Of a stretch of DNA of 32,000 nucleotides, positions 24,215 through 32,000 are shown in pieces. The notes below the pieces were generated by a model, which worked only from the letters and a program-made list of their open reading frames with translations, had not been told where the DNA came from and ran no database searches. Origin of the DNA: Ktedonobacterales bacterium (GTDB taxonomy: Bacteria > Chloroflexota > Ktedonobacteria > Ktedonobacterales > JADMIN01); NCBI GenBank assembly GCA_030167145.1, contig CP126532.1:1260001-1292000 (forward strand). Direction: 5' to 3'. The stretch's first letter is position 1. Every line of letters begins with the position of its first letter. The position numbers and the translations under genes are program-made.

Positions 24215-24243
24215 GTGGCGGCGACGGGCGTCCGGCGGGGCAC

Positions 24244-24266
24244 GGGCGTCCACCGGACGCCCCTAC
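24244..24266 (-). repeat. GC-rich palindromic element family 1 (reverse complement of the 414-436 copy)
   Basis: GGGCGTCCACCGGACGCCCCTAC is the exact reverse complement of 414-436. Read on the gyrA strand, it starts 22 nt after the gyrA stop. A half copy, GGGCGTCCGGCGGGG, lies at 24226-24240. Confidence 0.65.
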
Positions 24267-24288
24267 GCGAGATGAGCGGGATGCTCTG

Positions 24289-26790
<2,502 letters not shown>

Positions 26791-27190
26791 GCGATTGCGA
26801 TCCTCCCGTAGGGCAAAACGATAAGGTTAGATGAGCGTTTTGCTGGAAATGTATTTTGCTGCGGTGTGCGACGAGCGCCTATGTCCGCCAATTGAAAACG
26901 GCGCGGCACCACGTTGACCACGGCTCAGGTGATTCAAGATAGGCATTCCGCGCAAACGTGCCGAAAGCGGCAATTGATGCGGCAATCCATGCCGTGTGGC
27001 GCGAAAAGCCATACATTAGTATACCACCGAAAAAGCCGCAGCCCGCTGTTTTGGTGGGGAACCGGCCATGACGGGCTATGGGGCACGGTCGCCGCTTCGG
27101 CCATGAATGGCCAGGGCGCAAGCGACGAGGCATGAATGCCCAGATGCATACTCCTGGGCCAGTGGCCGATGTGGCCTATGTGCGTGCGCT

Positions 27191-27215
27191 GGCAGACAAG
27201 AATGTCTGCCCTACC
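27191..27215 (+). repeat. Hairpin element family 2 (GGCAGACA-AGAA-TGTCTGCC-CTACC)
   Basis: Perfect 8-bp stem. The flanking CTACC(A)GTGGCCG is shared with the 24190 copy. Confidence 0.55.
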
Positions 27216-27322
27216 AGTGGCCGGGATGGCCGTAGATGAGAGTTGCCGATTCTGCCGATTTGCACAGTTGCCGAAATGACCGTGATGGTGAGGGAGATGA
27301 CCGGAATTGGCGCGAATTGTCT

Positions 27323-27348
27323 GGAGATTTTTCGCCGTTTTCGCCGCA
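27323..27348 (+). repeat. 26-nt perfect repeat GGAGATTTTTCGCCGTTTTCGCCGCA, copy 1
   Basis: Identical to 27556-27581, 233 nt away. Both are followed by ...TGCATATG[GC]G and then a 20-nt motif copy, which indicates a degenerate ~235-250 bp tandem duplication. Confidence 0.8.
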
Positions 27349-27555
27349 ATTGCATATGGCGCGCATGGATGGCAGTTGCCGATTCTGCCGATTTTTCGAT
27401 GTGCGCGGAGGGCGAGGTGGGGAATAGAGGAAGCTCTCGGCCTGAAGGCAGTGGGTAATTTCGTGCGAGCGGAGCGACTGAAGTACTGAGTTGCCGATTC
27501 TGCCGTTTTGCGCGGTAGCGTGGGGGTGAACGACGAGAGATGACAGGTGATGACG

Positions 27556-27581
27556 GGAGATTTTTCGCCGTTTTCGCCGCA
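27556..27581 (+). repeat. 26-nt perfect repeat GGAGATTTTTCGCCGTTTTCGCCGCA, copy 2
   Basis: See copy 1. Confidence 0.8.
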
Positions 27582-27824
27582 GATGTGTTTGCATATGCGA
27601 TGTCCTTCCTTGTGTCAGTGGCCGAAGTAGCCGATTTTTACCTGCTGGCAGTTGCCGATTCTGCCGATTTTTTGATTTTGCACAGAGGGCAAGTTGGGTG
27701 GTGGAGCGAGGACGTAGCATGAATGCCACGGGTAATCCCGGCTGGATGGGAGCGTGGAGTTGCCGCAGTTGAGTCATAGGACAGTTGCCGATTCTGCCGA
27801 TTTTTCGACAATGGTAGAATGGTA

Positions 27825-27844
27825 GACAGGAATGCCTGTCCCAC
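27825..27844 (+). repeat. Hairpin element family 2, degenerate copy (GACAGG-AATG-CCTGTC-CCAC)
   Basis: A 6-bp stem, followed by TGATGGCCGAAATGG, which resembles the flank of the 27191 copy. Confidence 0.4.
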
Positions 27845-28188
27845 TGATGGCCGAAATGGTCGTTTTTTTGGTTGTGAAGGTACAGGTGATGCGGGCGGGG
27901 CGCGAGGCTATGGCGGGCATCGTGGGGGTAGCGTAGCATGGGGGCGCAGGGGCGGCGAGTGGACAGGGGCGGGCGAGCGGGGACATTCATGGACAAGCGT
28001 GGACACGCGTTGATGGGGTCTGGCGGGTATCATCGTCACGAAGGCCTCTACCTGAGGCTACGGTTGTGGCTGGGAGGCATATGGTGGCCGAGGAGATATG
28101 TAGCGCGGCGTTTCGAAGGCATCCGGCGCGCGACTACCTGCGTGGTACATCCGCGTGTTCGTTATCGCTGGCGATGGGAATGAAGGGG

Positions 28189-28221
28189 CGCTGGGAACAG
28201 GGGTGGTAGCTGCTCCCAGCG
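28189..28221 (-). terminator. Stem-loop downstream of the 28260-28973 gene (terminator-like)
   Basis: CGCTGGGAACAG - GGGTGGTAG - CTGCTCCCAGCG pairs at 11 of 12 positions. It lies ~40 nt past the stop. There is no U-tract. Confidence 0.35.
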
Positions 28222-28259
28222 TCCGAGCGCTGAGCGGTGATGGTTGCGAGCGTGATGGG

Positions 28260-28973
28260 TTAGGGCTGGGCAGTTAGTCCGGACATGCCGCCATCCACGA
28301 GGGGATAGTGGCCGCTGTTGACGGCTTTGGTGAGCATGTCGAGGACGGCCTTCGATTGATCCTGGGTGAGGATGCCGCCGCTGGCGGCCTGATTGAGATA
28401 GGTCTGTGCCGCGCCGAGGTAGGCTGCGCTGACGTCAGAGAGCTTGACGTGCTGAGCCTGTGCAATCTGGGCGACCGTCTGATTGTGGCCGAGGTCAGAT
28501 TCGAGTGCGGCGGGGGTGATATGCAGCGCACCGGCGACGGCGTTGACCAGGGCAGTGCGCGCGCCCATGACCTGTTGCAGCACCATCGGATTGCTTTGCA
28601 GCGAGCTGGCGATGGTCTTACTGTTCAGGTTGAGGCAGGGCTGGTTGCCAACCTGCTTCAGCATTTGTTTGAGTTGGTCGCGCTCGACGGCGGTGATCTT
28701 GCCGTCGGCGGCCATCTGATCGAGCACCTTGCCGCTGGCGTCTATGTTGGCCTGTTCGAGCGCGGAGGGGCTGATGTGCAGGTCATTGGCGAGGGTTTGC
28801 TCGTAGATCTGGCAATACTTGCCGGATTGCGAGCCGTCGCTGGCGACGGTGTAGTGGGGCGCGGCCTGGGCTTGCGCGGGGAGCCGTGTGCCCAGCAGAA
28901 AACCGCCAGCAAGCCCGACTAGCAGCAGGCCGCCTGCGGCAAGTGCGATGATGATGCGTTTTCGCGTGTCCAT
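28260..28973 (-). CDS. Hypothetical N-terminally membrane-anchored protein with two internal repeats
   Basis: N-terminal anchor MDTRKRIIIALAAGGLLLVGLAGGFLLG. A repeated module, LHISPSALEQ...ITAVERDQLKQMLKQV / LHITPAALES...LTQDQSKAVLDMLTKAV. No family recognised. Confidence 0.6.
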   Translation of the reverse strand: MDTRKRIIIALAAGGLLLVGLAGGFLLGTRLPAQAQAAPHYTVASDGSQSGKYCQIYEQTLANDLHISPSALEQANIDASGKVLDQMAADGKITAVERDQLKQMLKQVGNQPCLNLNSKTIASSLQSNPMVLQQVMGARTALVNAVAGALHITPAALESDLGHNQTVAQIAQAQHVKLSDVSAAYLGAAQTYLNQAASGGILTQDQSKAVLDMLTKAVNSGHYPLVDGGMSGLTAQP

Positions 28974-29054
28974 TGTGTCTCTTCTCCTCTCGGATTCCCT
29001 CTCGATGCACTATCACTTCTACGTTCGGGTGAATGTGGGTGTTTGGGTTGGTGT

Positions 29055-29138
29055 CAGCCGGGCGTCCGGCGTGGGTTGGCACCAGCCGGGCGTCCGGCGT
29101 GGGTTGGCACCAGCCGGGCGTCCGCCGGACGCCCCTAC
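29055..29138 (-). repeat. 28-bp tandem repeat (2 full units plus a third unit ending in a complete family 1 palindromic element)
   Basis: CAGCCGGGCGTCCGGCGTGGGTTGGCAC occurs at 29055-29082 and 29083-29110. Then CAGCC-GGGCGTCC-GCC-GGACGCCC-CTAC follows at 29111-29138. Confidence 0.8.
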
Positions 29139-29245
29139 AGATCTCCTCCTATCGCTATCAGAGTGTACGCGCGGATGAGTGGTGGGGGTATGGCAATGTG
29201 TCGCAAGATTGTCGCGGATTGGGCGGTCGCGGACCTAACCCCCGG

Positions 29246-29268
29246 CCCCTTCCCTACGAGGGAAGGGG
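29246..29268 (-). terminator. Perfect 10-bp stem-loop 30 nt downstream of the FtsX-type permease stop
   Basis: CCCCTTCCCT-ACG-AGGGAAGGGG. There is no U-tract, so this is at best a non-canonical terminator or RNA-stability element. Confidence 0.4.
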
Positions 29269-29297
29269 AGAATGGCCGGCGCATGGGCGCACAAGAG

Positions 29298-31985
29298 TTA
29301 TTCATAGCGGAGCACCTCTAGCGGGCGGACGCGGGTCGCGGACCAGGCGACACTGGCGGCGACCACGGCGCAGAGGGCCGCTGTGGCGAGGACGATGCCC
29401 AGGGCGAGCGCGGGCACGATACCTTGCGAGGACCATTGCGTGAAAATGAGCCTGCCGAGGGCTGTCGTGACGGCAAGCACGAGCAGCAGGGCAAGGGATG
29501 CGCTGGTGATGCCAATGACGGCGTTTTCGATGAGGATCATGCCGAGTACGCCACCGCTGGTGTGGCCGACCGCTTTGAGAATGCCCATCTCGCGACGGCG
29601 CTCAAGCATGGCGAGGGCGACGATGTTGGCGACCATGATGATGCCCGCGAGCATCGCCAGGGAGGCGAGCGTCTCGATCAATTCAATGATGTTGTCGAGC
29701 AGGGCATCTACCTGTTGGAGCAGCACACCAAGGCTGAGGGTGATGACGCCTGGCACGGCGCGCTTGATGCGCTGGAGGGTGGCGTCGCTGGTGGTAGGAT
29801 CGAGATGGAGCGCGTAGACGGTATAGGTATTGTCGCCGCCCAGGGTGTTCACGACGCTCGAATCCACCAGCACGGGCGCGAAGCTGGATAGCTCGCCGCC
29901 GGAATAGAAGCCGACGATGCGCAGGGTCGCGGTTGCGCTGCCGCTGAGATTGCTGACGGTGAGGGTATCGCCTAGCTTGAGGTTGAGCGGCGGCTGCGAC
30001 TGGCTCTGGGGCAGCAGCGCGTTCATGGTGGCCGCGTCCGCTGTGCCGAGATTGCGGCCGGTGTGGGCATCGTGGAAGCCGCGCGCCAGGGTGACGGGGG
30101 GCACATCGCCTGCCGCGAGGTTGACGCCGTCCAGTCCGCTGAGTGCGGTGTTGGCGCCGGTGCTATCGGGCGGCAGGAGTTGCGCGAGTGGCACGCCGTT
30201 GACGGCGACGATGGTATCGGGAACGGCGCGCGTGACCAGCAGATGCGAGATGCCGGAGGTATGCGCCAGTTGCGCGGAGACCAGTGGGGCATCCTGGCCG
30301 CTGGCGATGATGAAGGCGTTATCCTGCTCGTGGGTGGCGGCGAGTTGCGCGAGAGAATCTTTCAAGCCCTGGCCGAGCGCGAGGCCGATGCCGATGGCGA
30401 AGACGCCGCAGAAGAGGGCAACGAGTGTCGTGGCGTTGCGGAGTTTCGCGCGCCCGATGTTGCGCATGGCCAGGCGGATATCGGCCTTCGCGCCACGCGG
30501 CAGCAGGAGCGCCGCGGTGCCGCAGAGTCCGAGGATGAGCAGGAGTACGCCCAGGCCGGGGGAGAATCGCAGGAGCGCTGCGCCCACCAGCAGCGCCAGA
30601 GCAACGAGCGCGAGATAACCCCAGCGCAGGCCGTTGGGCACGGTGAACTTGCTGAGCAGCCATGCCAGCCCGGCGAAGCAGAAGGTCAGCAAGGACAGGA
30701 GCAGCCCCGCGCCCGCGACCACGCCGAACGCCAGCAGGGGGTTACGCAGGATGCTGAGCGCCAGCAGGAAGAAGAGCGCGCCAAGCAGGCTCACCAGCAA
30801 CGTCGAGGAGATCGCGCGGCGGCATCCGCCCGGCTCCGGCGCTTCGCGCAGCACCGCCAGCGGACGCACGGCGCTATTCTGGGCGATGGGCAGCAGGCCG
30901 AAAATGAGGGTGGTCGCGCAGCCGATGGCGACACCTGAGGCGACGATCAGTGGGTCAATGACGACGGGCAGGGTCATGAAAAAGGCACGCGCGACCAGCG
31001 CGGAGACGAGCAGGCTGACGCCGACGCCCGCAGCCGCGCCCAGCGCGCCACCAGCAATTCCGAGCAGCGCCGCCTCCAGACCGAACATAAGCAGCAGGTC
31101 GCGCTGGCGGTAGCCGGTCGTCTTGAGCATGGCGATTTCGAGCAAGCGGCGGCGCAGCAAGACCTGCATGGTGTTGATGATGCCAACGCCACCGATCAGC
31201 AATGCCAGCAGGCCAATTACCTGAAGGAAGTTGCGTAGCCCCTGGATCTGGTCGCGCGCATCTTGCTCAGCCTGGCGGACGGTGGTGGTGGTGACGAGCG
31301 GGAAATGCTGGCGAATGCGGGCGGAGACGGCGGTGGCGGCGACATCGCTGTGGCTGGGGACGTTGACCCAGAGCCAGGTGTAGCCAGCGGGCGCGCCAGC
31401 GAGGCTGGGCATGGCGTCGTAGGCTTGCTGGCTGAGGAGCATGTCTGGGCGGCCCAGGAGAAAGCCAGTGTTGGCGATGACGCCGCCGATGGTGACAGAG
31501 CCGGTGCGGCCTTCATCGGTGATGATGGTGAGGGTGTCGCCGGGGTGGACGTGGAGATATTGCTGGAGGCTTTCGGTGACGACGACGGTGTTGCCGGTCA
31601 TCACGGTGGCGAGCGAGGCATTGGCGGGAGTAAGAAACTGGATGCCGCCGCTTAGCGGCCAGACGGCAGGATCTACCGTCTCGAAGCCGAAACGCTGCAA
31701 GCCGCTGGCGGTGGAGGTGGTGGCGCTGCTGGAGACGGATGCGGTGTAGTCGGTGATGAGACCTTGAGACTTCAGCGCGGCGAAGTAGGTGAGTTGTCCG
31801 GTGGTGAGGTCGTGCGATTCGGTATGCACGGCGATGTCGCCACCATTGAGGGCGCGGATGTTGCCGGAGAGCGCGGCGTTGACCATGCCACCGACGAGTT
31901 GGAGCGCAACGATCACCAGGACGCCGATGGCGACACAGAAGACCGCGAAGACGCTGCGCTGCCCGCCGCGCGCGAGCGAGCGCAT
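29298..31985 (-). CDS. FtsX/MacB-type ABC transporter permease with two FtsX modules (~10 TM)
   Basis: N-terminus MRSLARGGQRSVFAVFCVAIGVLVIV and a second module LAMRNIGRAKLRNATTLVALFCGVFAIGIG. Conserved EIAMLKTTGY and EMGILKAVGH are present, with large extracytoplasmic loops. The frame stays open to the window edge (..YAKYAMRS..), so the true start could lie beyond base 32000. Confidence 0.85.
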   Translation of the reverse strand: MRSLARGGQRSVFAVFCVAIGVLVIVALQLVGGMVNAALSGNIRALNGGDIAVHTESHDLTTGQLTYFAALKSQGLITDYTASVSSSATTSTASGLQRFGFETVDPAVWPLSGGIQFLTPANASLATVMTGNTVVVTESLQQYLHVHPGDTLTIITDEGRTGSVTIGGVIANTGFLLGRPDMLLSQQAYDAMPSLAGAPAGYTWLWVNVPSHSDVAATAVSARIRQHFPLVTTTTVRQAEQDARDQIQGLRNFLQVIGLLALLIGGVGIINTMQVLLRRRLLEIAMLKTTGYRQRDLLLMFGLEAALLGIAGGALGAAAGVGVSLLVSALVARAFFMTLPVVIDPLIVASGVAIGCATTLIFGLLPIAQNSAVRPLAVLREAPEPGGCRRAISSTLLVSLLGALFFLLALSILRNPLLAFGVVAGAGLLLSLLTFCFAGLAWLLSKFTVPNGLRWGYLALVALALLVGAALLRFSPGLGVLLLILGLCGTAALLLPRGAKADIRLAMRNIGRAKLRNATTLVALFCGVFAIGIGLALGQGLKDSLAQLAATHEQDNAFIIASGQDAPLVSAQLAHTSGISHLLVTRAVPDTIVAVNGVPLAQLLPPDSTGANTALSGLDGVNLAAGDVPPVTLARGFHDAHTGRNLGTADAATMNALLPQSQSQPPLNLKLGDTLTVSNLSGSATATLRIVGFYSGGELSSFAPVLVDSSVVNTLGGDNTYTVYALHLDPTTSDATLQRIKRAVPGVITLSLGVLLQQVDALLDNIIELIETLASLAMLAGIIMVANIVALAMLERRREMGILKAVGHTSGGVLGMILIENAVIGITSASLALLLVLAVTTALGRLIFTQWSSQGIVPALALGIVLATAALCAVVAASVAWSATRVRPLEVLRYE

Positions 31986-32000
31986 GGCGTATTTCGCGTA

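Larger units (their letters stand above)
27242..27803 (+). repeat. Dispersed array of a 20-nt motif GTTGCCGATTCTGCCGATTT (5 copies, same orientation)
   Basis: Copies lie at 27242-27261, 27375-27394, 27490-27509 (1 mismatch), 27651-27670 and 27784-27803. Start-to-start spacings are 133, 115, 161 and 133 nt. Partial copies occur at ~27267-27277, 27627-27641 and 27759-27767. Confidence 0.85.

Noticed and set aside
27323-27348. Similarity of TTTTCGCCGTTTTCGCC to the 3' end of gyrA (24293-24330, encoding GENGENGK), suggesting a duplicated gyrA fragment.
   Set aside because: The match is only ~17 nt of low-complexity sequence with no flanking collinearity. It is most likely coincidental.
27242-27803. 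Possible CRISPR array (regularly spaced 20-nt repeats).
   Set aside because: The repeat is too short. The spacings (115-161 nt) are far longer than CRISPR spacers and are uneven. The inter-repeat segments share sequence with each other, and no cas genes are in the window.
27211-27996. 261-aa ORF on the minus strand spanning the repeat region.
   Set aside because: Its translation is dominated by the reiterated DNA motifs (KNRQNRQLP x3, KSAESAT x3, RKIGRIGNC). It is His/Arg/Pro/Ser-rich with no recognisable domain and has no RBS. It is best explained as a chance open frame over non-coding repeats.

Overview
This is a high-GC, densely coding bacterial chromosomal window. The style (GGAGG-type RBSs, ATGA/CTAG gene junctions, GC-rich palindromic intergenic elements) suggests Chloroflexota or a similar lineage, but that is a low-confidence guess. 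All family calls come from reading the supplied translations by eye; no searches were run.

Gene content, left to right:
- A dehydrogenase 3' fragment, bcp, a lipoprotein and aroA.
- A HepT/MntA (type VII) toxin-antitoxin pair and a SnoaL-like protein.
- A Liv-type ABC importer (binding protein divergent from two permeases and two ATPases). It converges on a MaoC-dehydratase / acyl-CoA-ligase / KAS-III-like operon, followed by an alpha/beta-hydrolase and a divergent TetR regulator.
- recF and a DedA-family gene.
- Three tandem paralogues with an N-terminal TIR domain, one transmembrane helix and a PQQ-like beta-propeller.
- A GT2 glycosyltransferase and gyrA.
- A ~1.47 kb repeat-laden non-coding region, a membrane-anchored repeat protein and a large FtsX-type permease.

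Most notable observations:
1. The TIR-TM-propeller triplet at 18164-23257 has a receptor-like topology (cytoplasmic TIR, extracytoplasmic propeller). All three copies keep the putative catalytic Glu and an internal Tat-like S-R-R motif.
2. A 16-bp palindrome, ATGAC-N6-GTCAT, occurs four times, always in the promoter regions of the importer/acyl-CoA cluster. This defines a compact putative TetR regulon.
3. Several short repeat families were found: a 20-nt motif in five copies upstream of gyrA, and GC-rich hairpin elements placed just downstream of stop codons.
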